From assembly GCA_964252035.1 (NCBI GenBank), contig OZ176200.1: 64,000 nt of DNA, one strand, 5' to 3'. Origin of the DNA: Podarcis erhardii. Taxonomy: Eukaryota. How positions within the stretch are numbered: position 1 is the stretch's first letter; each line of letters starts with the position of its first letter. Positions 37,089 through 50,065 of the stretch are shown one piece after another. The position numbers and the translations under genes are program-made. The notes beneath the pieces are model-generated. The model made no database searches, had not been told where the DNA came from, and saw nothing but the letters and a program-made list of their open reading frames with translations.

Positions 37089-40000
37089 AAGGGGTTTGCA
37101 TTGTTGTTAAAGACTTAGTATCATTCCAGAGAACAATTCAGAGCTGCATGCAAATACATGAAAATAAAAACCTGACTGCCACTTCCTGTGCCATAGAGAA
37201 AAGCAGGTTTGGGAAGGGACAATTAAAAGTGGGAGAGTGGCAGGGAAGTGTTAGTGCCTCACCTGTGTTTGCTTGTCCATATAGCTTCCTTCCCCTTTAG
37301 GCTTCAGATCCATGTCTGCAAGTATAAACACAGATCTTCATGCTCATAGGGAAGTGTGTGTGTGTGTGTGTATGTGTGTATGTGTTCAGCAAAAAAGCAG
37401 TGGAGGGAGGGAGGTTGAGCACCATTTCTCTTTACCACTGCTCTGCTTCTAACTGTGCTTCCAGAAATGGCTTTTCCCTTTAAAAACAAAAACAAAAAAC
37501 AGCTGCTACAGTTTTGTTACATGCATTCATGGGTAATAGGTAGCATCAACCTAAGAATAACTTGGCTGGACTCCAAATGTAATAGATGCGCTCTAATATA
37601 TTTTTATTCTGCCTAACTTCAAATCTCTTTCTGCTTTGATTATTCATTACCCATCCCTATAGGCTTTTGAACAGTTGCATACTCTTATACGCAAGATTTC
37701 TCTCCCCCCCAAAAAATGTAGAGTGGTAAATCTGCATTTAAAGTAAAGAAATCTCTATCATCCATCTCATTTATTTCTCCCACCTTTCCACCTACCTAGG
37801 ACCCTCAGAATAGAAAACCTTAAAGAATATCATTACTATGACACCAGGTACTTACTTAACCATCACAATACCAAAGGCTATTTCCTGGGCTATATTTGGA
37901 TGAAAATAAATTTAAAAATTCATGTAAATATGGTAAAATTTAGATTAGTTCAGCCAGTTTTTTCTAGCACTTTTAAAGAAAGTGGTTCTTGAGCTGGCTT
38001 TGCAAGAAGAGACCATTTAGCCACTGGACAGAAAGCTTAAATAATATATAAACAGATCCAAGATCTGCATTTATTATGCCCCTTCCCCAATCCCAACATA
38101 CAGTAGATTTTTCTGAAGATGTATCTATTAAGATGAAGGGAAAGGAATCAAATTTCTTCCTAAGGCTAAAAAAATCAGGTCAGCAGTAGGCTGACTTGCC
38201 ATGGCGATCTGTCAAGGTCTTGCTGTTTCCTCACCTATAACCCAAGGCTACAGACAGTGAGTTGTAAGCTTTCTTCTGCTCCAAGACAGATGTCTCACTT
38301 GTCCATCAAGCAGATTTCCTGAAAATGTGAATAAAGACAGACTGTCATTAGGATACAGGTCAGTAAATCAGCGAGCAGTTTGCTGGAATAGACAACAGAG
38401 GCATGGCAGGAAAGGAGGACTGTCAGGCAAATTTTTGTTAGACTGCAGTTTATTTGTTCCAAAGCAGGAAAGAGATTAGGACACATTCCCTAGACATTTA
38501 TTTTCTTTTATTTACAGCTTTTGCCAAATACAGCCTAAGAATGAAACAGCAGAAGTAGACATAATTATACAAATGCTGCACAGCATGCCCTGAACCTCTG
38601 TGGGTGTGTGGTTCATAGGGTCTATGTGCAATGGGGGATCAGGGGATAGGTTTTCTGCTTAAATCATTGAGGCTGGGAGTAGGCTGGATCCATGGAACTA
38701 GCTGGATTGGAAAAGACCTCTCTACCTGAGACTCTGGGGAACAACCGCTAGGCAGACTAAATAATAATGCTGACCTATAAAGATCAGTGGTCTTATCCAG
38801 TACATGGCAACTTCATATGGAAGTCCCAGTTCCATCCTACTTTACAGAGAGGAGTCCACATTTGAAGGGCACTCAGGGGAAAGCCCTCTTTTGAAGATGT
38901 TCTCTATTTAAAGACTGCCTGGCTTTAGTTTGATTTACAACATAGAAATTGACATGTTGCACATTTCTTACAGAACTTTGTCCTCAGTTCTGGTGATCCT
39001 CAGTTTTGGCAATGCATAACCGACCACTATACTCCTAGTTTCAGGACTGAAGTTTTTTGTCCCATTCAAATGCCAGGTGGCCTTTTGTCAGCATTTCAGT
39101 GTTTCTCAGATTAGGATGATTAGTGGGTGTAAATTTTGGTTACATGGTCTTAATCTGGGCAGGTGATCACAGACATGTGAGTCACATATGAGCCACTTTT
39201 GCCTACTAGGCAACAGTGACACATGAAATATGCTGGTGAAAACTGTTCAAATGCCTGAAGTGTTTTTGTAAAACACGGTAGCTTAAGTCAGTCTGCCATT
39301 TTTTTGTGAGGGTTTTGTGTGGGTTTTCTAGACTGGATTTCACATGTGGCTCATTGAGCTAGTAATAATCTACATATGGTAGTTAGAAGCAAAGGACCCA
39401 GCAGCCTATCTTTGCTGAGAGGGACGACAGCAGAGAATCCACATGGCTGGAGCAGTTATTGGAGTGTGCTATGGTTGTAAATATATACTCTACACCCTGC
39501 AGATCTACAGGAGACTAATTTGGGATAGCCACAACTGCCTCTTCCCAGAAGGGAAACAAGTTGCCATCTATCACTCTGCAAGTCTGTGATTCTGTATGCA
39601 CTAAGGTCCTTCTAAGTGGGTACTAGTAGATCCAGCTTTGTCACTGGAGACTCAGATAGCCTCTGTGGCCTTACATTAGCTTAGGCTAGTATGCTACCTG
39701 CAGCCTGTCCTGTTCTTCCTCCACTTTCCTCACAGGTCAATTGTTCCAACCCCTTAATTATCCTGGTTGCCCTTTTCTGATTCTACCGCAGGGGACTGAG
39801 CCAATGCTATCTGAGGTACTTTGCTCAATAGACCATGTGCCTATATTACCTATAGAAGAGTGCTCTCCTCAACTCCTTTAGGAGTTGATGGTTTATTAGA
39901 ACTACGTCAGCTGAAATGTTTCCTGATCTGGCAGCCTTACAGTCCAGGCACTGCTGCAGAAAGGAGAAACAGGGATATATATCCCAGCCAGCCATCACAA

Positions 40001-40582
40001 GCCTCCATGTGCATTCTTATTGGGAAAGAATGTTAATATTTTTATTGTAACATTATTGTGTAAGTCTGTTTGAGGAAATGGCTCTGGGTTGTTTACGTCT
40101 CAGTGACTACTACTCACAGCCAATATCCCATCCACTTTAAAAAAAAGGGGGGGATTCTACAGATTAATTGGAGTTGTTTTCTGATTTGACAACAGAATTT
40201 TGGATATGACTACCAAGACTTTACTGAGAATTTATAGGTTTCTGGCTGCTAAATGCATTGAAAGCAATTGTGTTGAAGTATGAGCAAAATCCATTATAAA
40301 ATATAGAGCAAAAAATAAATAAAAATGAACTTGTAGCAACAAGTTTCACACACATAATTATACTGTATTTTGTGTCGTTGGCCCTTTGAGACATCTGCTG
40401 TCAACACTGGCAGTTAATAGATGCAACATTAATGATGTGACCATAATTTCAGTGTATTTTGTTAAGGACTCTATGTAAGTCAGTCATGGGGAACCAGATG
40501 TTGTTGGACCACAGCTCCAACAACATTGGCCATGCTGGAAGTAGGGCTGACCTCAGTTGGTTATACAACAATTCCTCTAGAG

Positions 40583-40971
40583 CAGGGGTGTCAAACTCAA
40601 ATTCATCGGGGGCCGCATCAGCAGTTTGGTCACCCTCAAAGGGCCGGTTGTATCTGTAGGACTATGTGTCCACTCTTTATTATCATAAATTATTGTCACT
40701 GCATTCAATTATTACTGTTTTTTGTAATAATGTAAGTAATAACTAGCTCTGAAAGCAGAAACATAGTCAGAATAATGGCAAGTTTCTTGTGTAGAACGGC
40801 CGGCACCGCTAGAGGGCAGACGTTCTCTGGCTTGTAGGCTGCTGCGCATGCGCTGAAGAGGCGGCTTTCTTGTGTAAAAAAAAAAAAGCGAGAATAAAAG
40901 GTGAAGGCTGGCCACATGATGAGGTCTGGCGGGCCGGATTCGGCCCGCGGACCTTGTGTTTGACACCCGTG
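40583..40971. mobile_element. hAT (Charlie-like) non-autonomous element, 389 bp
   Basis: TIR CAGGGGTGTCAAAC / GTTTGACACCCGTG; TSD CTCTAGAG at 40575-40582 and 40972-40979 (TCTAGA-centred, typical of Charlie-type hATs); GGGCCG subterminal repeats. Confidence 0.92.
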
Positions 40972-41484
40972 CTCTAGAGCCACAGGTTTCCTGTGCCTGA
41001 CATACAACAAGCAAGAGATAACTTTGCCAGGATTATTCAGTAGTGATGTTTTCTTCCTCTGGTCATTTATGTATTTCATTCAGTTTCCCCCCAAATAGCA
41101 AAACTAATATGCAGAAGAAAGAAGTATGGTGCATTCCCTCTAAAGGCCTACAGCTCCAGCAGCATATTCCTATAGTGCTCCACTACAGAGCATACTCCAC
41201 TAGCTGAGTTTACTTTCCTTAACTTTCCCATTCAGCTTCCCACCTCAACCCCTCCTCTGAGATCCAGTGTAATATAGCTGTTTGTTGAAGATAGACCGGA
41301 GAGTCCCAGGTTGAAAACCTCTCAGCCAAAGCCTTGAGGGGGTTGGGGGTTAAGGATTGCAGTTATTCCTCTTGAATGAGGATTGCCCACTAATTGCTGG
41401 TTACATTTGTATTGCATGGTGCAGCACCTTTATTAGAAGAAATGCTGCAATTGACAGGTACTACATACCTACATACATGCACAG

Positions 41485-41841
41485 CAGGTGGCGCTGTGGT
41501 CTAAACCACAGAACCTAGGACTTGCTGATCAGAAGGTTGATGGTTCGAATCCCTGTGATGGGGTGAGCTCCCGTTGCTCTGTCCCTGCTCCTGCTAACCT
41601 AGCAGTTCGAAAGTGTGTCAAAGTGCAAGTAGATAAATAGGTACCACTCTGGTGGGAAGGTAAACAGTGTTTCCGTGCGCTGCTCTGGTTTGCCAGAAGC
41701 AGCTTAGTTGTGCTGGCCACGTGACCCAGAAGCTGTCTGTGGACAAACACCAGCTCCCTTGGCCAGTAAAGCGAGATGAGCACCGCAACCCCAAAGTCGT
41801 CTGCGACTGGACTTAATGGTCAGGGGTCCCTTTACCTTTAC
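41485..41841 (+). mobile_element. Sauria SINE
   Basis: Colinear with 32021-32366; GGTTCGAATCCC B-box; CCTTTACCTTTA tail. Confidence 0.92.
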
Positions 41842-42457
41842 ATAAATAAAGACCCAGTTAAAAATATTTATTTATAAATGTATGGCTCACCTCCACAGTG
41901 TACAAGAAGACAGCACAATACACCATACCTGCAATACTGTGAGCCACCAAGGTCTGCTTGCTATAGTCCAAAGTTGCTATGTTTCTTTGTCTCTCTCTTT
42001 GGACATTCTTAGAGTAGAGCTGGCCCCTTTTGTCTGACATAGTTAATCCTGAAAAATTGTGTTGATTTCAAGTATGACTGCTGGCAAAATATGCTAAATC
42101 ACTGCCTGGGCCAACTCTCTCTACTCAAGGGAGTTATAACATCTAACTTTAATAAGGGACATCTTAATAATAGAAAAGTGCACAGTCCTAGAGTCATGAT
42201 TCACAAGTGAGAACTGGGCATTGCCCAATTGTTTTCACATGAGGTGACGGAAGGTCTGGTCCCACCATTTCTGAATCCATTTATTAGCTGAGTCACCCAT
42301 GTCTCTCCATCGCCAAATATACATATAATTTATAGCAATGCAGTCTGGAGAAAACTTGTCTGGCTTATAAAACATCATCACAGATCACTGCAGTGAAAGT
42401 AGCAGCTAATGCTGAAGATCAGGGCCTCTTTATTGTCAATGAGGTTTACATATCTGA

Positions 42458-42497
<40 letters not shown>

Positions 42498-42830
42498 ATT
42501 TATACCCTGCCCATCTGGCTGGGTTTCCCCAGCCACTCTGGGCAGCTTACAGCACTTTAAAAAATGTAAAATATTAGACATTAAAAACTTCCCTAAACAG
42601 AGCTGCCTTCAGATGTCTTCTAAACATCAGATAGTTGTTTATTTCTTTGACATCTGATGGGAGGGTGTTCCACAGGGTGGGCGCCGCTACCGAGAAGGCC
42701 CTCTGCCTGGTTCCCTGTAACTTAGCTTCTTGCAGCCGCCAGAAGGCCCTTGGCGCTGGACCTCAGTGTCTGGGTTGAACAATGGGGGTGGAAATGCTCC
42801 TTCAGATATACTGGGCCGAGGCTATTAGGG
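42458..42830 (-). mobile_element. L2 LINE 3' end with (ATC)n tail
   Basis: (GAT)n, then TTATACCCTGCCCATCTGGCTGGGTTTCCCCAGCCACTCTGGG...GAGAAGGCCCTCTGCCTGG; same family as 49755 and 63458. Confidence 0.85.
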
Positions 42831-42886
42831 CAGCAGAGAATCAGCATGCATCAGCTTGCCTTGAGAGAAGTTATGTTCTCTAGGGT

Positions 42887-43413
42887 TGTTGTTGTTTTTT
42901 GTTTAGTCATTTAGTTGTGTCCGACTCTTCATGATCCCATGGACCAGAGCACGCCAGGCACTCTTGCAGTTTGGTCAAACTCATGTTTGTAGCTTCAAGA
43001 ACACTGTCCAACCATCTCATCCTCTGTCGTCCCCTTCTCCTTGTTCCCTCAATCTTTCCCAACATCAGGGTCTTTTCCAGGGAGTCTTCTCATCTCATGA
43101 GGTGGCCAAAGTATTGGAGCCTCAGCTTCAGGATCTGTCCTTCCAGTGAGCACTCAGGGCTGATTTCCTTCAGAATGGATAGGTTTGATCTTCTTGCAGT
43201 CCATGGGACTCTCAAGAGTCTCCTCCAGCACCATAATTCAAAAGCACCAATTCTTCGGCGATCACCCTTCTTTATGGTCCCGCTCTCACTTCCATACATC
43301 ACTACTGGGAAAACCATGGCTTTAACTATACGGACCTTTGTTGGCAAGGTGATGTCTCTGCTTTTTAAGATTCTGTCTGGGTTTGTCATCGCTTTTCTCC
43401 CAAGAAACAGGCC
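42887..43413 (-). mobile_element. Bov-B (RTE) LINE, 5'-truncated
   Basis: ORF 43090-43389 (LKSRDITLPTKVRIVKAMVFPVVMYGSESGTIKK...ELWCWRRLL...LKLRLQYFGHLMR) is the Bov-B RT C-terminus; (CAA)n tail; imperfect TSD ATGTT(C)TCTAGGGT at 42873-42886 and 43414-43426. Confidence 0.93.
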
Positions 43414-44816
43414 ATGTTTCTAGGGTGGCCATGGCTAATTTCTGGCCTTCCAGACAAAGACCTGTGTACTCATTAACAATTAGCACAGGGAATGACTTAG
43501 GTTTTGAGCTTTGTTTGGTCATTGCTTTTACTTCTGGATGATACAGCAGGTCATTTCCTTGATTACTGCTGCCTTACCTCTTTCCTGGATTCTACCTAGA
43601 CTCTTGCTTTCTTTCCTGATCTTGTGACTCCAGTTTTGCACTAACCAATCATTCCAGTCTTAAGCTTTGCAGAACCACAACCTACCCTGACCTCTTTTGG
43701 TTTTGACACTCTTAGAGCAGAATACATTCCATGTTCTCCTCCTGCCCCCTTTTGCTTGGGCTTAACATATTCTGATTTTCTTGCCCGGACTGTCACTTGG
43801 AATTAGTGTGTAAACGTGTACATATTGGCTACCATGTATAGTTCCCATAAAGGTTGCTGCAGGCTGACCATATCCTGATTCTTTGCCATCAGTGGTTAAG
43901 AGTGTAAACAGCCATAGCACAGTGATAGCACATGCTTTCTAGGCAGAAGGTTCCGGAGTCAGTCCCTGTCACATTTAGTTAAAGGGTCAGAAGCAGTGGG
44001 TCTAGTATAGACCTCAGCCTCAGATCCTGAATAAAGGAATAGGGTCGCCAAGTGTACTGCTTTGTATAGAAGTCAGTCTTCTGTATGAAGAGCTTTCTGT
44101 CCAAGGCCAGTTTAAAGATAAGCAAAAATAGGAGGGAAAATGAAAGATCTTGAAGTTGGTCATCAGTGGTTAGCACCTGCAAAGCAAACTGAGCTGGAAC
44201 ACAGGCCCCGTGGTCACAATCTTCCCTACTATGGGAATATATATTATTTCTGTTTAGAAAGGAGCAGCTTTGGGCAGAGTTGCAGCAGTAGCTTATCAGA
44301 AAGGGAGTCACTGTGATGTATCAGGAGGAGCAAGGCAGCAGTGAGGTCAGGGCTACATGGGCACACATTTGGAGTCAGTCTAGCACTCTCGTTGGTGATC
44401 CTGTGCAACCCTAACTTTCCTGCCACCTTGCCTTCCCCTCCTAGTATGCAACAGTGACACCGCTGCCAGGAAGCTGTTACTGCAGTTCTGATTCCTCACT
44501 GGGCAAGACACATTTATTATGTATAAATTAACATACACAAATTTGATCATGCAAATCAGTGCCCTTTAAAAAAAATCTATTCTTACGTTGATCCATTTCC
44601 TCTTTTTAAGCAATGAGTGACCATGCTATAGAGCAGGAGTGGGGAACTGGATTCAGCTGGTGAGCTGAAACTTTTATCTCCCCCTTCCTCTATGGTCCAA
44701 GCCCACACACTTGTTGGTCACCTGTCAATTACGCCAGGTAACTCATTTTTGCCTGCACAATTTGAAATTAAATTGCATGGGCTTTGAAGCCCTGGCAATC
44801 AATTCATTGTTGGTGC

Positions 44817-45978
44817 ACTACATGCCCTCTTAAACAACCCAACAGTAAAATCAGCAGCAACTAGGCCCCTGACAACCTTTGAAAACCTCCTCCTAACAAC
44901 AAAGGGAAACGGTAAAGGGACGGTATCCGCAATATACAAAATACTACTCCAAAATCCCGCAAATCCCCTAGACGCAATCAAAAAAAATGGGAGAATGACA
45001 TAGGCTATGAGATTAATCCCACTCAATGGACCAGAATGTGGTCTAAACCCCCCTTTAAATCCATATCAACGAAAAGAAAAGAACTCACACTGAAACTCAC
45101 CTACAGGTGGTACATCACACCAAGGAAACTAGCGCTAATACACCAAGGAACCTCACCAAAATGCTGGAGAGGGTGCACCTCCACAGGCACATACCTTCAC
45201 ATGTGGTGGGAGTGTCCCAAAATCCAACTATTCTGGACAACAGCCATACAAGAAATATGTAAAATAACTAAGCAAGTATTAGACTTCACCCCAGAATTGG
45301 CCCTACTAAACATCTTCCAAGACAACAATGCCCATTTACACCACAAAGAACTCATAACCCACCTACTTTCAGCAGCCAGAAACACCATAACCAGACACTG
45401 GAGAGACCTGTCAGGAGTAAGCATGGACCAATGGTACCAAATAGTATGGGAAACAGCCCTACTAGAAAAATTAACTAATAAACTGAAACTGACACAGGGA
45501 CAAACAGAAGAAGACACCTTCACCCCGGTATGGCTCCCCTTTATCACATACACAGCCCAACAGGACAATGACAATAATCCACCAACAGCATACAAATCAA
45601 TATGGCTAACCTGATCCAAAACACCCACCCACCTCACTCACACACGAAAACAAAGATCACCACAGCCAATCACAAACAAACAATCACATCCTAGGCCAAC
45701 CCCAACCTCTCTCACCACCAAAGGAACACAAGTGAACAACACAAGCACGCTGACACCAAACTACATACATTAAACATAATAGAAACACCGCTACCCGACC
45801 CCACCCCCATCCATCTCCCCTCCCTCCACCCCGCCTTTCTTTTCTTTTTTTTTTCTTCTCCCCCTAATGCCTCAACAAATGAAATGGATTTGTAAAAATG
45901 TTACATGGGGGAAAAAATACGAGGCATCACACTTACACTGTAAAACAAGAAAACCCTTAATAAAATATTTTTTTAAAA
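44817..45978 (+). mobile_element. L1-clade LINE, 5'-truncated, with TSD
   Basis: 16-bp TSD AATTCATTGTTGGTGC at 44801-44816 and 45979-45994; C/A-rich 3' UTR; AATAAA followed by a T/A tail. Confidence 0.9.
45036..45614 (+). pseudogene. L1-clade ORF2 C-terminal fragment (192 aa open)
   Basis: CWRGCTSTGTYLHMWWECP cysteine motif and AARNTITRHW, typical of L1 ORF2 C-termini; the frame continues upstream across a frameshift in the A-run near 44980. Confidence 0.85.
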
Positions 45979-47274
45979 AATTCATTGTTGGTGCTTCTAA
46001 GTGCTGTGTAGGGCTCTGTGCAAGCACCAGTGACCAGTCGATCGGTCCTTGATGCTTTAATAGAGCACTGCAGGACATTTTAAAGCCCTGACAATCAGCT
46101 GATAGTGTAGCACAGAGCAATTAATGGTCTGACTCAATATAAGGCAGTTTCATTGATACGTTTATATGACCTCCCTTAGTTTTGACTGGTATGTTGACAA
46201 AGTTTTATCAGTCTGCAAATGAACATTTCTTCCTACAAATCCTTGCTGTTTATCCTCGTGGATAATTTAGCTGCCTGCATAATGTTTGCATAACTCTTGT
46301 CCTCCCACCCACAGAGAAGCTCTGCCTAAGAGGAAGTAGCTAGATGGGCATATGCCACAACGGCTGCTTGGGAAAGCTGGAATCACTTCAGCTGAGACAA
46401 GCGGAAAGACGACAAGGTGCTTACTGAAGTGCAGCCTTTCCGGAATCACCACAGCCTAATCTCTTGTGCACCGTCTGCTATCAGTTAATCCTTCCTTACC
46501 TTATGCTCTCACTTTATGTTTTCTCCATCTGACATGGGTTGTAAGTGTTCTCGTCAGAATAAACCATGTCTTCAACATGTTGTAGAGCAGACTTTCCTCA
46601 CCAGATGTTTGCAACTTACACCATCACTTACTATTGGCCATGCCGGCAGGAGCTGATGGGAGTCTTAGTCCAAAACATCTGGAAGTTGGTAGGTTGAGGA
46701 AAGCTATTGCAGAGCATACAACTGCATGCCTTTGAGTCTACATTAATGGTGTGTTGCTACGGCTATAGTAACTGCGGCAGATCGCTATAGATCATTGATG
46801 TAGAATCTGTAGCATGCATGCTAAAAGTGTCACAAATAGTAGGTGTTGGTGGCAGCATTGCATTGAGACTACACCTATCTGCTTCTCCTACACTGTGCAG
46901 CTGTGGGAGGCAAAACCACACAAAGATACAGAGGGGAAAGTAGATGTACACTCAAGTGACTTTATCTCAGCTGTAAACTTGACTTGTTGTCCATTTTTCA
47001 GCACTCTGTGCTGAAAGTCAAAGTGGTGCCTTCCTGATGCTGGACTACAACTGTCATCAGCCCTGGTCAGCACAGCCATTGCTTAGGTGCGATGGGAGCT
47101 ATAGTCCAACCATACCTGGAGAATATCACCATCAGCTACCCCTATCCTAGACCATTGGCAACCCTGGCTCGTTACAGAGTGTCTTGAATGGTTTTTTAGT
47201 GAATTTGTCGGTGTCACATTCACACTTCATTTTTTTTTATATAAAAAAACCAAGATAGAAATGTAATATGTGAA

Positions 47275-48540
47275 TCATAGAATCAAAGAATTGTAGAGTT
47301 GGAAGGGACTCCAAGGGTCATATAGTCCAACCCCCTGCAGTGCAGGAATCTCAACTAAATCATGCAAGCCAGATGGCCATCCAACCTCTGCTTAAAAACA
47401 TCCAAGGAAGGAGAGTCTAACCACCACTTCTTGTGGGAATCTGTTCCACTGCTGAACAGCTCTTACTGTCAGGAAGTTCTTCCTGGTGTTTAGTCGGAAT
47501 CACCTTTCTTGTAACTTGAAGCCACTGGTTCATGTCCTACCCTCTACAGCAGGAGAAAACAAGCTTGCTCCATCCTCCAGGTGACAGCCCTTTAGATATT
47601 TGAAGATGGCTATCATATCTCCTTTCGGTCTCCTCTTTACCAGGCTAAACATACCCAATTCCCTCAACTGTTCCTTATAAGGCTTGGTTTCCTGACCCTT
47701 GATCATCTTGGTCACTCTGCTCTGTCTGCACACCTTCCGTCCTGTCAGCATCCTCCAATTGTGGCTCCCAGAACTGGACATAGTACTGGACCACAGGTGT
47801 GGTCAGACCAAGGCAGAATAGAGCGGGACACTCTACTTCTGTTGATGCAGCCTAGAATAGGATTAGCTTTTTTTTTTTTTTTTTGCTGCTGCTGCTGCTG
47901 CTGCTGTACCTGGTGAGCCAGGTGTCCCCCATCTTCTATCTGTGCAGCTTGTTATTCTTGCCTAAGTGTAGAACCTTACATTTGTCCTGATTGAATTTAA
48001 TTCTGTTTGTTTGGGCCCAGTTCTCCAATCTGTTAAGGTCTTCTTGAATCCTGATTCTGTCTTCAGCAGCATGGCTACCCATTCCATAGAATCATAGAAT
48101 CATAGAATCATAGAGTTGGAAGAGACCACAAGGGCCATCGAGTCCAACCCCCTGCCAAGTAGGAAACACCATCAGAGCACTCCTGACATATGGTTGTCAA
48201 GCCTCTGCTTAAAGACCTCCAAAGAAGGAGACTCCACCACACTCCTTGGCAGCAAATTCCACTGTCAAACAGCTCTTACTGTCAGGAAGTTCTTCCTAAT
48301 GTTTAGGTGGAATCTTTTTTCTTGTAGTTTGGAACCATTGCTCCGTGTCCGCTTCTCTGGAGCAGCAGAAAACAACCTTTCTCCCTCCTCTATGTGACAT
48401 CCTTTTATATATTCCAGTTTGGTTTCATCTGCACATTTGATGAGCATCTCTTCAATAACCTTCATCCGTCATTTATAAAGATGCTGAAGAACAACTGGCC
48501 CAGGAATGAACCCTGCAGCCCCCCACTTGTCATTTTTTTT
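47275..48540 (-). mobile_element. CR1 LINE 3' fragment (older), interrupted by a second CR1
   Basis: CATAGAATC tail; ORF 47530-47781 (ELGMFSLVKRR..GDMIAIFKYLKGCH...LFS) and KCADETKL motif. Confidence 0.88.
48086..48410 (-). mobile_element. CR1 LINE 3' end nested in the older CR1
   Basis: (ATAGAATC)n tail; reads RTRSNGSKLQEKRFHLNIRKNFLTVRAV; ATTCC repeated at 48081-48085 and 48411-48415. Confidence 0.85.
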
Positions 48541-49754
48541 CCTGGATGAGGAAAAAGGGACCCTCAGCTGTCAACTTCCAGAAAGACATGCAGAAATACC
48601 AGAACATGCAGCAGAAGAACTTCCAGAAAGACATGAACATGCAGCAGGAAACCCTGCGTCTGAATAGATACCCTTTCATCATTGGAGCCAGAATTAGATC
48701 CTTGGAGGGGTAAAGTCATCACTTTCATGATGATTATTCCTTTTCCCAGAATGGGAAGGTTTCTCATTAGCTCAGACTTGGGGACAACCCAGAATTACCC
48801 TTGAAGTGTTACTAAATATTACTGTTATTACTGTACTTGTCAGATCTGGCTGCTAGACACATCAGCCTTAATTCCTTTGAACATCAAACATCGGATCATT
48901 TTCCCTAATGCAGTATTACCAAATTTTTGCATTTCATAAAAGATAAAAATTAAAGAATCCTTTGCCCAGCAGTGCAGTGACTCATCTGAAAGTCAGAGGA
49001 TTTACAGTTTAAACTGACTAATGTTAAGTGCCTGTTTTCTCAGATGTTTCTGGCATACTTTAGCTTAAGCAGCCATCCTGCATATTTTGTTTTTATTCAA
49101 ATTATAGAAATGTCAGAAAATATATTGTAGCCTCCCAAAAGTAATTGAGGGTAGTAGAGTCATTGGGCACAAACCAACCATATGTAATATGATTACACTT
49201 TGAAGCCACTTCTGTGGTCTTATTTTTTCCATGTTATTTATGGCTGTGTAGCATTATTATTAATATTTAATTACTAAGCTTGGTGCTTTAGAAATGTGCT
49301 GAACTTGACAGTTCCAGAGACTGAAGGAATAAGTGTAGCTGTGGACACATGCAAACATGGTTGTGAAGGTGGAGCAACATTGAGTTCCAAAACCCATGGT
49401 GGCTACATAACATAATGTGGGGAATTGTGAAAGATAATTACGTGAGGGAAATGCTTAATTATTTTCCTACTCATTTATTCTCCTGCTGAAATCACCCCAC
49501 CCCTGAGTAAGGCCCTGAGTAAGGTGAAGGGAAGGCCTGAGGTGAGAACTGTATCTACAGGAAATGTTTCCACTCCCACTTGCCAATTCTACTCTGTAAA
49601 AAAAATAAATTATTTTTACAAAATGAGCAGTTTGGGAAATGTATTCTCAGCGTGCAGTTCTGTCCTGAGCATCCATCTGTCATGTTGTTGCTCTCAGCAT
49701 TCTTCAGACTTTCCAAACCCAGAAAACACCTTTTAATCCCAACATGTAACAAGA

Positions 49755-50065
49755 GATTGTTGTTGTTGTTTTTGTTGTTGTTTTATTTATACCCCACCCA
49801 TCCAGCTGATTTTCCCCAGCCACTCTGGGCGGCTTACAGCACATAAAAAATTGTAAAACATTAGACATTAAAAACTTCCCTAAACAGGGCTGCTTTCAGA
49901 TGTCTTCTTAAAGTCAGATAGTTGTTTATTTGATTGACATCTGATGGGAGGGCATCTGATGGGAGGGTGGGTGCCACTACCGAGAAGGCCCTCTGCCTGG
50001 TTCCCTATAATCTCACTTATTGCAGTCAGGGAACCGCCCAAAGGGCCTTGGAGCTGGACCTATGT
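49755..50065 (-). mobile_element. L2 LINE 3' end with (CAA)n tail
   Basis: Colinear with 42458-42830. Confidence 0.85.

Noticed and set aside
48564-48767. Minus-strand hydrophobic ORF (VFLEVLLLHVLVFLHVFLEV)
   Set aside because: It is the antisense reading of the local mosaic duplication.
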